Shown piece by piece: positions 11,807-24,961 of a DNA stretch of 64,000 bases (within the stretch, counting starts at the first letter, position 1; every line of letters begins with the position of its first letter). The stretch spans positions 37,510,001 to 37,574,000 of the forward strand of contig NC_043008.1 in NCBI RefSeq assembly GCF_006345805.1. The letters run 5' to 3'. The notes below the pieces were generated by a model. That model was given only the letters and a program-made list of their open reading frames with translations, was not told the DNA's origin and searched no databases. A program made the translations under genes and the position numbers. This DNA comes from Octopus sinensis (taxonomy: Eukaryota).

Positions 11807-12229
11807 CGGCCTTCGGGAAAAATGCCTTATTTAAAGAGAAACATAATTACAGACTTATTTAAGCATATGATATATATATATATATATATACATGCACATG
11901 TGGGAAAATTGTCTATACCTGTACATATATGTATGTGTGTGTATAAGTGAATTTAAGTAACATAGTCATTTGATCTCTTTACTTCTCGCATGCCCATTCA
12001 AGCCACATCTTCTAATTTTCCCATGAAGTTGAATGCTATTTTTTAAAAACTGGTTATCCAACAACATTTGATTCATTATGTTCAATCTGTGAAATCTCAC
12101 CTGTTTGACATCTTACCAGTTTAAAATTTTACCTGAGGATGGTAAATTACATGTTATGATATGATCTATGAATACATCAATTAAATTCTACTGAAACTGT
12201 CGTCATTAATATTAAATGCTATTCAGGTT

Positions 12230-12355
12230 CATATATATATGCATGTATGTATGTATGTATGTATGTATGTATGTATGTAGTATGTATGTATGTATGTATG
12301 TATGTATGTATGTATGTATGTATGTATGTATGTATATGTATATGTATATGTATAT

Positions 12356-12421
<66 letters not shown>

Positions 12422-12460
12422 CATATATACATATACATATATATGTATGCATGTATATCA
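12230..12460. repeat. (GTAT)n then (TA)n microsatellite
   Basis: Directly visible. Confidence 0.97.
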
Positions 12461-12489
12461 TCATCATTGTCGTTGCCATTGTTTAATGT

Positions 12490-12960
12490 CTACTTTCCAA
12501 GCCTTGTATATTCTGTTCCCATCCATCTTGTCTCACACAGGCCAAGAATCTTCAGATTATAATTGTGCATCTCTTTACAGACTTGTGCACTTTTTTCCTG
12601 CCTCATATAGGGTTCGAATGTTCCAGGTCTCTCTCCTGGTTTCAGTCTTGATCGTCAGAAGAGTTGTCAGTGTGCTAGCTTCCTGAAGGCTTTCACCAGC
12701 TCGTGTCATGTGCTCTACCAGAGAGGACTCTTCCTCAACCATGTTGTTTTGGTGTGCCATTGTGGTTTTTGTAACAGGTATGATTTTTACTAGACTGGGT
12801 TGTTATCCCAATGATAAACTCCAACCTGGATGGCTAGTTGAGTACTCTTCATCTTGACCTGTCTGGCTAGGGTGGCCCTACCAGGAGACAAATCTCCTGC
12901 CAGCATAGCTTTCATGGTCATGGAGACACACAAGCCCCGTAACCAATTGACAAGGTGGTA
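12490..12960 (-). mobile_element. RTE LINE 5' UTR plus start of APE endonuclease
   Basis: ETWNIRTLYEAGK motif (TWNVRT) preceded by an RTE-like leader CCACCTTGTC...CTCCTGGTAGGGCCACCCTAGCCAGACAGGTC. Confidence 0.65.
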
Positions 12961-12964
12961 CTCA

Positions 12965-13270
12965 TCTGCAAGGATTCAGTGAAGCATACTAGCTTCATTT
13001 CTGTCAAGCTTATGCATGTCCTCAGCAGTCACAATCATGTTTCACTGCTGTGTAGCATGGCTGTTCACACACTGGTATCATACAGTCTACCTTTCACTCT
13101 GAGTGAGAAGCCCTTTGTTACCAGCAGAGGTAGGAGCTCTCTGAACTTTGCCCAGCCTATTCTTATTCTTGCAGTTACACTCTCAGAGCATCCACCCTCA
13201 CTACTGACTTGGTCACCTAGGTAACGGAAGCTATCAACTACTTCTAGTTTTCTCTCCTGGCATGTGATGG
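12965..13270 (-). mobile_element. RTE LINE RT C-terminal fragment
   Basis: LEVVDSFRYLGDQVSSEGGCSESVTARIRIGWAKFRELLPLLVTKGFSLRVKGRLYD on the minus strand. Confidence 0.85.
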
Positions 13271-13354
13271 AATCTGATATATATATAAAGTAGTGAGGTC
13301 AATTTCCTGCACTCAGAACTACTGGCTTTGTGCCTAAATTATAAACCATTAGTG

Positions 13355-14960
13355 TTATTAAGGCAGCAAGGTAGAAGAATCATTAGAAATTGAGCAAAAT
13401 GCTTAGTGGTATTTCATCCATCTTTTTCTTCTGAGCTTGAATTCTGCTGAGATTCAAATGCTGCCTTTCTGGGCTGCTAAAATGAGTATCAGCTGAGCAC
13501 TGAGGGAAATGTGATAGACTTACCAACTCTTCAAAAAATTGCTGGCCTTGTGCCTTAATCAGAAATCATTAGTATTATTATCATATAATAGTGGTTAGAT
13601 TGTTAGGTAGAATACTCCTTGGAATTTCTTGCATCTCTAAATATGTTCCATTCCAGTTCCATCTATGTTGAATTTTAAGACAGTTAGCAACCATAATCAT
13701 TAGCGCAAGGGACAAAATGCTTAATGCCATTCTTCTGATTCTTTGCTTTATGAGTTCAAACTCTACCGAGTTTCATCTTTTTGGGACTTGATAAAATAAA
13801 TAACAGTTGCGTACTGGGGGCAGTGAAAATGACACTCTTTCAACAAAATTGCTGGCCTTGTGCCAAAATTTGAAACCATTGTTATACTAAAAACGTTTTT
13901 GTTCTATAGTACACATGACTGTGTGTTAAAAATTTTAATTTTAATTAAGCTTAATTAGCAATTGTATTTATAGTCAAAGTGATTGATTAGGGAGAACTTG
14001 AAGACTAAGTGCTAGCATGCTTATAAATGGAATATAACAACAACAATAAAACCATTTCACACACACACATACACGCACACACATACACACACACATGCAC
14101 ACACACACACACACATACACACACACAAATGCATACAAGCACTCATTACTTTGTCAAGTGATTTTATTTTATCTGAGATAAGCATATGCATGATTGCATG
14201 GTTGAAAAACTTGCCACCAGCCAAGTGCTTTCAGGTTCAATCTTACTGCTGGATAGCATCTGGCGTATCTTCTTCCATTATCCTAAGCCAACCAAAGCTT
14301 CGAGAGCAGATTTGGTAAACTGAAATCAAAAGAACCCTGTTGTGTGTGTATGTGTGTGTTTCTGTGTATGGTGTTTGCCCCATCTTCTCAGATGATTGCC
14401 ATCCCCTTGTGCTTCCTCATTGTCAGTGGCATTACTGACTTTCCATCCATGACCTCTCAGATGGCTATTCAGTCCTGTTGTAGACCTACATGGTTTGAAG
14501 CAAAAGTGAGAGAGGAAATTGTAACTCTTACCTTTGAAGACATGTAGATTTCCAATTGACAAAGGGACAGGGTTTACCTGCTTTTCGTTATTTGTTTCCC
14601 TCACCTTTTTCTTTATCGAATATACTTAAATTCCTCTTTACTGCATTTTACCATAACACTATTTCACTCATGTTTACTATAAATCACCGACAGTCATGAA
14701 ACAGGGAGGTGGGGTCAAGCTGGCAGGATTGTAAGCACCCTGAACAAAATCACAGTGGCATTTTGTCTGTCTTTATATTTTGAGTTCAAATTCCAGCATG
14801 ATTAACTTTACCTTTCATTCTTTTGGAGTTGATGAAATAAATACCAGTTGTATACTGGGGGATGGGGTCGATGCAATCAAATTACCCACTTTCCCAATAC
14901 AGTTGATTTGCCCACTCATCCGAAATTTCTGGCCTTGTGCTAAAATTCGAAACCAGTAGT
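13355..14960 (+). mobile_element. Cluster of degenerate SINE D copies (about 13355-13560, 13695-13880, 14700-14960) and a SINE B head (about 14180-14345)
   Basis: Recurrent TTCTGAGTTCAAATT...TTTCATC...AAATAAxTACCAGT...ATTGCTGGCCTTGTGCC blocks. Confidence 0.65.
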
Positions 14961-15454
14961 ACTCAATTCATGCACCTAGATTTGAGTGTGTATGTGTGTG
15001 TGTGTGTGTGTGTGTTGTGTGTGTGTGTGTGTTTGTGCATGTGTGTGTGTAATAATGTTTGGTTTGAAATTGAGTCTAAGATCAGAATTTGTGATAGAAA
15101 GCATGGAGAGAGTGACTACTGGTGCATAACTGCTGGCAATCATGGATGTTCTCCACATGGAAATGACCTTTGATTAAAGATATCCGAGCCATAACCATCC
15201 TCTATGTTTTTGTGAAGTTAATAACACTGCTGTTACATTACCTCGTGTGTTATCTCAATTTTTTTCTCCAAAGTTGTTGAGTGTGATTTGAGGGGAATTT
15301 GGTTGCTATTTCCATCAGACTGAGTGACAATGTTGAGGTTCACTCATTGGTGAAAAGGAAGTTCCAGAGAGATTCAATTCTGTAAAGGAAGAAAGATTGC
15401 AAAAACCACTTAATGTGGATTCCAGTGGCGGGGAAGGAGAAGACAATGGAATGA

Positions 15455-16085
15455 TAAGAAGAAGAAGAGGAAGAAGAAAAGGAAGAAAGAGGAGGAGGCG
15501 AAGAAGAAGAAGAGGAAGAAGAAAAGGAGAAAGAGGAGGAGGCGAAGAAGAAGAAAAAGAAAAAGAAGATAGAAAAGAAGTAGTCGTAGATGAAGAAGAA
15601 AAAGATGAATAATAATAATGATGATAGTATTATTATTATTATTATTATTATTAATAATAATAATGAGGAGAAAAAGATAAAAAGGAAGACAAATAGTAGT
15701 AGTAGTAGTGGTGGTGGTGGTAGGAGGAGGAGGAGGAAGGGGAGGAGGAGAGGGAGGAGGCGGAGCAGGAAGAAGAAGAAGAAGAAGATTATGATGAGGA
15801 TGATGAAGAAGAAGAAGAAGAAGAAGAAGAAGAAGAAATAGAAGAAGAAGAAGAAGAAGAAGAAGAAGAGAGAAGAAGAAGAAGATAGAAGAAGAAGAAG
15901 AAGAAGAAGAAGAAGATGATGAAGAAGAAGAAGAAGAAGAAGATGATGATGATGATGATGATGAAGAAGAAGAAGAAGAAGATGATGATGATGATGATGA
16001 AGAAGAAGAAGAAGAAGAAGAAGAAGAAGAAGAAGAAGAAGAAGAAAAGAAGAAGAAGAAGAAGCAACAGCAGTAGCAGCAGCAA
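15455..16085. repeat. 630-bp compound trinucleotide tract (GAA/GAG/AAT/AGT/GGT/GAT/AGC)
   Basis: Directly visible; includes a duplicated unit of about 45 bp at 15467-15553. Confidence 0.97.
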
Positions 16086-16769
16086 TGAAGCAAGGAAATT
16101 AGTGGGTAGTGTAAGTGGAGAGATATATATGCAATCAGTAAGTTCACAAGAGAAGAGACTTATTGCGGTAACAGAAAAAGATACAACAATTATGGACAAG
16201 TGGTTTGTGAGTGAAGTTAGGCCAGCTTCAGCTATGAAATGTAATATATATAATTTATGAAATACTTTGTGAGGAAAAACTTCTTTTTTCTTTATCTTTC
16301 TCAAAATTATAACATCTATTTTCCTTAATAGTGTAAAGCCTCTTAGAAACAGTTGCAAGAAACTTGGTATTAGATGTAATAAGTACGTCTTTTTCTTTCC
16401 TATTTCTCTTTCTATAATTTTTCAGATGAATATAGAGAAATAGAAAAATCACAAAATCACTTTCTTTGAGTGAGTTAACAGTGTTAAGCTTTTTCCAATA
16501 ACCTACAAAACCATGTTACCAGTTCAGCAATATAATTTTATGGGCTTTCCTTTTCCATCTAATTTCATGCCAAAGAACAGAGTAATTTCAATACTTAGCA
16601 AGCTTTCTTTCAGTTTGACTCAGATATCTTTTTGAGAAGCTGTCAAGTATAGTGGCCCTTGTTTAACCTTAACTGTATTAGGGATAGCCCTTTAAGATGG
16701 TGCAAGGACGAAAAAAGAAAATGAAAAAAAAAATCCAGAAGGATGTTGGATTAAATACTTAACCATATT

Positions 16770-17195
16770 TGATTTTGTCTTAATGAATCGACCCCAGTAC
16801 CTGTGCTTTATAAACCTGGTATTTACTCTGTCATTCTCTTTTGCTGAACTTCTAAGTTATGGGCCTGTAAGCACACCAACACTGGTTGACAAGCTGTGGT
16901 GGGGTCAAACACAGACACACTGACACACATACACACACACATACACACACACACACACAAACATACACACACACGCACACACTCACACAAACACACACAC
17001 AAAAAAACTCATGCACACCCACATATATAAACATATGTGTGGGCTTCTTTCAGCTTTTGTCTGCCAAATCCATTCACAATGCTTTGTTTGGCCTGAGTCT
17101 ATGGTTGAAGAAACTTGCTCAAGGTGCCATGCAGTGAGACTGGACTCAGAACGATGTCATTAGAATGCAATCTTCTTACCACACAGCCACACCTG
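16770..17195 (-). mobile_element. SINE family B, old copy with expanded internal (CA)n
   Basis: Both halves recognisable on the minus strand. Confidence 0.75.
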
Positions 17196-17475
17196 TGCCT
17201 ATGTACATATTTGTGTGAGTGTGTGTGCATGCATGCATGTATGTGTGCATGTGCACAGGTTTGTATTTGTGTGTGTATGTGTGTGCATTTGTGCTTGTGC
17301 TGTTAAGTATGCTTGGTGGTTGAAAACAATGTCATTGTTGACAGTGTTGAATGATTTTGTTTGCTTGGTTTCCACTAAAAAGCATATCCAAGCTTCTTGA
17401 TATGTTTTGATATCATCATCATCATCATCCACCTTCCATGCTAGCATTGGTTATTGTGCATTATTTGCAAACAAA

Positions 17476-17700
17476 AGGTGGTGAGCTGGCAGTCAGCATG
17501 CTGGGGGAAATGCTTAGCAGTATTTCGTCTGTCTTTATGTTCTGAGTTCAAATTGCTCCAAGGTCGACTTTGCCTTTCATCCTTTCAGGGTCAATAAATT
17601 AAGCACCAGTGGCATACGGGTCTGAATCTAATCGTCTGCCCCCCCCCCCCACCAAAAAAAAAAATTGGTGCCTTGTGCCTAGAGTAGAAAAGAATATTTG
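17476..17700 (+). mobile_element. SINE family D
   Basis: GGTGGTGAGCTGGCAG...TTCTGAGTTCAAATT...GTCGACTTTGCCTTTCATCCTTTCAGGGTCAATAAA. Confidence 0.8.
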
Positions 17701-18269
17701 AAAACAAAATTCTCATTTAATTGGTGCCACTTGTTTCCAGTTCTCTGAATAACCATTGTCCAGGCTCTTTGGAGCATGTTCAATAAACTGGAAAATATAA
17801 CCTCATTTGGAAACAAGTGGAGGTTAGTGGTAGTAAAGGACCTTGACCATAGAATAGTCTACCTCCACTTCCTCTCATTTGACCCATGCAAATCTGGAAA
17901 AGTAGGCATTAAAACAAAGGAGAAGATGAGGAATCTTTAACCTTGTCATCATGTTAAACAAAAGAAGGCTTATCTCTTTTATTAGAATTTCAGAAGCTCA
18001 AAACAGAAACCCCAAACAGCTTTATCCGTAACATTCATTTTTGTGTTGAGAACACTATGTCTCATGTCATTTTGTATCCTTTCCTAAAATACCTTTTAAA
18101 AAGGATCATATGTGTTTGAAAAATTCTAGTTGTGAATTCAGGAAAATCCATTTTAAACAATTGACAAATCAGGGCTGTAGGCTCATCATTCTCTTTTATC
18201 TTTTTCCTCAGTTATAGAAACAACTTTAGATCCTTATTCTTGCAAGTTAAACAGTGATTATTCCTAATG

Positions 18270-18455
18270 CTTGTGGCGTCAAAAAAACACCTAGGACACT
18301 CTGTAAAGGTGTTGGCATTGTGAGAGCCATCCAGCTGTAGAAACCATACAAAAATAGACACTGGAGCATGAAGCAGTCCTCCAACTTATCAAAGCCTGTC
18401 AAACTGTCCAACCTACATCAACATGAAGACTGGACATTAAATGATGATGATGAGG
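18270..18455 (+). mobile_element. SINE family A, old copy
   Basis: GTTGGCATTGTGAGAGCCATCCAGCTGTAGAAA...GGACATTAAATGATGATGATGA. Confidence 0.7.
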
Positions 18456-18486
18456 AGGAGTAGCTTAGTGACGATGGTAAATTACG

Positions 18487-18720
18487 GTGGCGAGTTAGCA
18501 GAAACGTTAACACATTGGGTGAAATGCACAGCCGTATTTCATCTGCCATTAGGTTCTGAGTTCAAATTCTGCTGAGGTCGACTTTGCCTTTCATCCTTTC
18601 GGGTTCAATTAAATAAGTACCAGTTACACACTAGGGGCGATATAATCGACTTAGTCCATTTGTCTGTCCTTGTTTGTCCTCTCTGTGTTTAGCCCCTTGT
18701 GGATAGTAAAGAAATAGGTA
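18487..18720 (+). mobile_element. SINE family D, near full length
   Basis: Matches 53415-53650 and 56873-57103 including the AGCCCCTTGTGG..TAAAGAAATA tail. Confidence 0.85.
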
Positions 18721-19125
18721 AATTAAGGTTTTATAAAATTTTTCTTTTCTTTGACATCTTGAAAAATGTATTATTCATAATTTTGTTACACATAATTCTC
18801 ATTAATAAAACAACGTAGACAATATTTTTTCTTCCTTTTTTTCTCTAAATTTAAAACAGTTTTTGAAACATTTTTCATGCAATAACTCCACTAATTATTT
18901 TAAACTTTCTATGTCCAATGCTTCAGTAATTTTTTTCCAATATCCATGTAAGGTACACCAGTTATATTTTATATAATCTCTTGTGTATCATATAATCAAT
19001 AATCTTGAGGCTATCTGATTTACTGCCTACCAAATTCGCTCTCAAGCACTGGTCAGCCTGGGGTTAAAGCAGAAAACACTTACCCAAGGTATAGTGCAAT
19101 AGGATTGAACTTGAGATTAACTCTT

Positions 19126-19535
19126 TACTCTTTTACTCTTTTACTTGTTTCAGTCATTTGACCACAGCCATGCTGGAGCACCACCTTTAGTCGAGCAAAT
19201 CGACTCCGGGACTTATTCTTTGTAAGCCCAGTACTTATTCTATCGGTCTCTTTTGCTGAACTGCTAAGTGACGGGGACATAAACACACCGGCATCAGTTG
19301 TCAAGCAATGCTAGGGGGACAAACACAGACACACAAACATACACACAAATACATATATATATACATATATACGACAGGCTTCTTTCAGTTTCCATCTACC
19401 AAATCCACTCACAAGGCTTTGGTTGGCCCGAGGCTATAGCAGAAGACACTCGCCCAAGATGCCACACAGTCGGACTGGACCCGGAACCATGTGGCTGGTA
19501 AGCAAGCTACTTACCACACAGCCACTCCTGCGCCT
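19126..19535 (-). mobile_element. SINE family B, full length
   Basis: Head, internal (TA)/(TG), 3' half and (GTAAAAGA)n tail all present. Confidence 0.9.
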
Positions 19536-19834
19536 AACTGGTTGCAAAAACAAAGCTTCTTAACCACACAGATAAACACAAATGTATGTATGTGTGTATT
19601 TGTGTACAAGTGTATCCATGAATGATTACAAACTGCATACTAAGCAGGAACAAGCTCTGACATTTACAAGGAGAGAATCTTTTGTCTTTTTTCTGATATC
19701 AAATCAATTGCTGTCTCTGTACTTTTAAATACAAGTGGAAGAAAGAATCCCATACTTGAAAAATTGAAATTTAGTGAGGCATAGTTACATGAAGAACATC
19801 TGCTATAAAACAATGCCTCAGTAATATATATACA

Positions 19835-21101
19835 CAGGGAGCATAAGATATTTGAGGACAGATTTATGTTTATAAAAAAAACGATATATAATAACAGATA
19901 ATAACTTCATTTATCAAAAAATACTATGAGGATAAAAAAAAAACATTCTTTACTACAATGTTATTCAATAAATCCACCTTCAGCTTCAACAACTGTTTCT
20001 ATATGAGATCTAAATCATCTACATGCTCGAATCAAGTGGTCCTGGTTCATTATGGACATTACTGTGACTATGGTAGCTTTCAAAGAATCTTTGAAGTTAT
20101 GGGCATGTTCATCGACCTCTCTCTCAACAACATTCCATATTTAATAGTCCAACAGAATGAGATCTGGGGAATTAGGGGGCCAAATGTTAGGGGTTATGTG
20201 ATCATGAAAATTTTCAGCCATCCATTCCTGCATTACAAGAGCCATGTGTGACAGTGCAGAGCCTTACTGAAATACATATGACCTTCCACTGCATACACTG
20301 TCTTTCCAGGGCTTAACAACTACTTTCAGGACCTCAATGTAGGTGGCAGAGTTAACTCCAAGGCTTTGTGGAAGGAAGTACAGTGGCATCACATGTCCTT
20401 CATTGCTGACAACCCCTAAAATCCTGACAGATGCAGGAAATTTTGTATGCATAATACTTGGAACTTCAGAAGGGTCTGCACATAACCATCTGTCATTTCT
20501 TCTGTTAACCTTTTGATCTTGATCGAAGTTTTTCTTGTTTGAGAAAAAGCAAATCAAATCTTCATCTGCTGACTTTTTCAGTCTGTTTAAGAGCCTTTTA
20601 GATCTGATATAAGGATTTTCATTTGCTTTTGCTGACAAATTGACCTTTCTTCATCATATAAGACTTATATCTGATGTCTTCGTGGACAACATTTCTGACT
20701 GTTCCTTCTAACACATGGAGATCTTTTGCAGTTGACCTCATGGACTTTCTGGGATTGTAATCAACAGTCTGTTGAACTTGCTGAATAAATTCAGGTATTC
20801 TGATGATCTCAGAGCATCTAGAATGCTTTTTATGCTTTGATACTGACGATGCATTTCCATCTTCAGTTTCTAGATCCTTACAAACTTTATAGACGAAAGT
20901 TCTGTCAACTTCTAAAAATCGAGATATTTCTAAATCACTATGCTCAGCCTTTATAACCACAATAACAGTATGCCTCTTCATTTCTTGAATAAGCTGAGGG
21001 TCTGCCATTATTATTTTCTGAAACAAAGATTATACAGAGTTAACAAAAAATGTAGCAATGACCCCAAAAATGGCATGTCTTCAAATACCTTACGCACCCT
21101 G
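19835..21101 (-). mobile_element. Full-length decayed Tc1/mariner element, DD37D (maT) family
   Basis: Imperfect TIRs CAGGGAGCATAAGATATTTGAGGA / rc CAGGGTGCGTAAGGTATTTGAAGA, TA on the right. Transposase pieces MKRHTVIVVIKAEHSDLEISRFL..., WPPNSPDLILLDY, FRSHIETVVEAEGGFIE*. 37 residues between the second (mutated) and third catalytic D. Confidence 0.88.
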
Positions 21102-21253
21102 TATACATTTTCCATTCTCTCTCTATTTCCTTTTAATTCTTTCTGTTGAAGAGCATAGGCTCAAAGACTTTTTCATTTTTCATGAGCATCAAACTAATAC
21201 ACTTGCTTGTTGTTCATACACCTTTCCTTGTCTTTTGTTTTTCTATAAATTTC

Positions 21254-21256
<3 letters not shown>

Positions 21257-21310
<54 letters not shown>

Positions 21311-21685
21311 ATATAAACACACACATACATACATATATATGTATGCGTATATATATATATACATGCATATATATATGTATGCATATATATATATATACAT
21401 ATATATATGTATATATATATGCATATATATACACATACATGTATGTGTGTGTGTGTATATATATATAGTTTTACTTGTCATAGATTATGAATTACCTCGG
21501 TTGTTAATTCTATTTGAACATTTTGGTGTCTGATTGCTGGAGATAGTTAACTAAATTCATTTAGCACTGAGTGCTTTATAGATATCTGCCTGAATTCATT
21601 AATCCCTTGTTATTATAAATGAAATCATTATACATAGATAAATGAAATCATTACCATTACTACCATTATTACTATTATTATTATT

Positions 21686-21770
<85 letters not shown>

Positions 21771-21815
21771 TATTATTATTATTATTATTATTATATTATT
21801 ATTATTATTATTACT
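21257..21815. repeat. (TA)n tract and (TTA)/(TCA) compound tract
   Basis: Directly visible at about 21257-21467 and 21645-21815. Confidence 0.95.
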
Positions 21816-23019
21816 ATATATACATACACTCCTCTAACCCATTCTAGCATAGAAAAAAACGGATGTTTAAAAAGATAACAAACAACAAATGAAAGAAGGC
21901 AAATCATTGTGTTTAGGACTACATTATAGTTGCTATATTAAGATCTAACCCCCACTGTATCACTTCATGTTCATAATACAATGTTGGGGAGACAAGATAT
22001 GAACTTCCAACCTTTCAGCTGCATCTTATTAACTCAGTCATCTGTGTGTTTCCGCATGATATTAACTCCTAATAAATTTAATGAAGCATATACTAACATA
22101 GTATTTAACCTATTTGATCATGCGAGGCCGCAAAGGAATCATGAGGTTCTATTTCCTTTCTCTCTCTTTCTCTCTCTTTCTGTTACTTTCTCTGTCACTC
22201 TTGACATCTGCCTTTCCCTCTCTTTCTCTCTCTCTCTGTGCCATTGTTATTCGCAAATTACTAGATAAACAAAATTGGTTGGTCTGTTAGGGTTAAGGAA
22301 CCATAAAAGAAAGGATTTAACAAGCCTGGCACAAAGGAAGTGACATCACTGTAAAGAATGGATCAGCGCTGGTCGCACCATAGAGACTATGAAGAGATGT
22401 TTATTAATGTCTACTGTAATACAGCAGAGAATTTTAATTACATTCAGTACAGCTGTTTAATAATGTAACAAGGCATATAGACAAATTATTGATTTCTTTT
22501 GATAGGACACAACACTAATTTTTATTAGAGGAAATGGGTGTAGCTAACTGAATCAACTTCAGTATATTGAAAGCACATGTACAATATGAACCAACCAGGA
22601 AAAACTTTGCATGGCTGCATGACCTGCTAGAAATAGCAAACAAATCTCCATCAAGCTGCACCCTATCATTCTGAAATAAGATTACTTACACTGGGTTATA
22701 TAGTCATAGGTGACTGTAAATGTCATCATTGTTGTTTTAACAAACATTTTAGAAATTTTTTGCAATGTGTCAGATGGAACTTGTTGAAGCTGATCTTTTG
22801 ATGGCTGGTCGCCCTTCTTGGTACCAACCCTCAGCTGTCTACAAGTGAGCTAATTCCCCTTGGCCATATATATTTTCATTTCATGGACGGCTGTTTGTAG
22901 AATCATAAAGCTTGCTTACAACTGTCACAGAATGCAAAGTCAAGGAAACACATACACATAATACACACACACACACATGCATAAAATACACACATAGACA
23001 CATACCTACTTGCATATAT

Positions 23020-23440
23020 ATCTTTCATCTCTCATTTGTTTCAGTCACTGAACTGTGGCCATACTGGGGTATCACCTTCAAGGTACTGTCACAACAAGCA
23101 AATCAACCTAAGCACTTACTGATTTTTAAAAGTCTGACACTTATTCTATCAGTCTCTTTTGCCAAACTCTTAAGTGGCAGGGATGTGATCAAACCAACAC
23201 TGGTTTATAAGCAGTGGTGGAAGACATGCATGCACACACACACACACACACACACATTCATACATAAATATAGACATACAGACATACAATAGACTTCTTT
23301 CAGTTTCCTTCTACTAAACTTACTGACAAGGTTTTAGTAGGCATGGGTCTATAGTAGAAGACATTTGCCAAAGGTTTTGCACAGTGAAAGTGAACCTGAA
23401 CCCATGTGAACAAAATTCTTAGCACGCAGTTATGCTTGCA
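23020..23440 (-). mobile_element. SINE family B, old copy
   Basis: Degenerate but colinear with 19126-19535. Confidence 0.7.
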
Positions 23441-23467
23441 ACTATATATATATATTTGTTATACATA

Positions 23468-24390
23468 TTATGGGTTGAGGAATGATTCATCAGCATTTTT
23501 TCCAAATTTAAAAATGCACGCAGATATAAAATGCATTGGTAAAATGTTCTATGTTGTTTGAAAGAGAACTTTTTGCTCTACAAGATGGTGTGTTTTGAAC
23601 TTTTAAAATTTAATTGATTTTTGTGTATTTTCAGATCATTAAAATGGAACGTCAAGTGGACATAACAGCATTTTCGACACCATTTGCTTTTTGTATTTAA
23701 TCAAGGTGTTGACCCCACCGTAGCTGCTCATGAGATTTCTGTTGTGCATGGAGAAGGAGCAATGTCTCAAAGTACTGTTCGCCATTGGTTTTCATGCTTC
23801 AAAAGTGGGAATTTTAACCTCAAGGACGGATCACACACCGGTTGACCAATTGAGATTGATGAAAAGCGATTGAATCGACTTCTTCATGAAAATCCACGTC
23901 AAATGACCAGACAATTGGTGGAGTAGATGGATTGTGATCAAAAATCTGTGGCGAACCACCTTCTCTTAATGGGCAAGGTTCATCTAACTCAGTTGGTCAA
24001 CTGGTGAGTGATCTGTCCTTGAGGTCAAAATTCCCATTTTTGAAGCACGGAAACCAATGGTGGGCAGTACTTTGAGGTATTGCTCCTTCTGCATACACAG
24101 CACAAATCTCATGAACAACTTTGGTTGGCTTAACACCTCGATTAAATGCAAAAAGCAAATGGTGTCAAAAATGCTCAGTTTTGTCTACAACATTCCATTT
24201 TAATGATCTGAAAATACACAAAAGTTAATTTAATTATTTTAAAAAAATCAAAACACACTGTCTTGTAGAGCAAAAAATTTTCTTTCAGATAACATCGAAC
24301 ATTTTTGCTTACACATTTTATTTCTGCATGCATTTTTAAATTTGAAAAAAAAAACCCCAAATACCGCTCATGAATTATTCTTCAACCCAA
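23468..24390. mobile_element. Fold-back mariner: two inverted 5' halves
   Basis: Left arm encodes a Mos1/Hsmar-like HTH (HFRHHLLFVFNQG...VRHWFSCFKSGNFNLKD..GRP). 23980-24390 is an inverted, diverged copy of about 23468-23865. Confidence 0.85.
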
Positions 24391-24733
24391 TATAACAGGG
24401 TTTAGCATTGTGTGATATTGTATCATTATTTGAAGGTCTACTTTTCCATGCTTTGATGAGTCAAATGAAAATACAATGAAGCTTTTAAGAAATTTGGAAA
24501 ATAATGAAGAATTTAGTAAATTTGTCATTATTAAACTTGTGTTGGAGACATAAATTATCAAGAAATTTTAATGGCAGGTTATAATTTAAATCTTTTTCAA
24601 AGACAAAGCTAGTACTATAGTTTCATGTGATTTGATTCCAGAAGAGTTAAAATTAAAATTTTTCTCTTAACATTACATATACATGAGTTGCAAAAGTTAC
24701 TCACTGCATTGAGACCAATATATATATATATAT

Positions 24734-24766
<33 letters not shown>

Positions 24767-24961
24767 ATATATATATACATTTATTATATATATATATTTA
24801 TTTTATATATATATATAATATATATATATATATATTTATTTATTTATATATATATATATACAAGCACACACATATATATATATAATTTTTTTTTCAGAAA
24901 ATTACATTTGTGGCTTGTAAATAATGTTCGTTTATTAATATTTACTCCATTTTACTGTCAG

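Noticed and set aside
22100-22420. Possible promoter (ATTGG, GGAAGTGACATCA, local CpGs)
   Set aside because: Short motifs expected by chance; no ORF or splice donor to anchor it.
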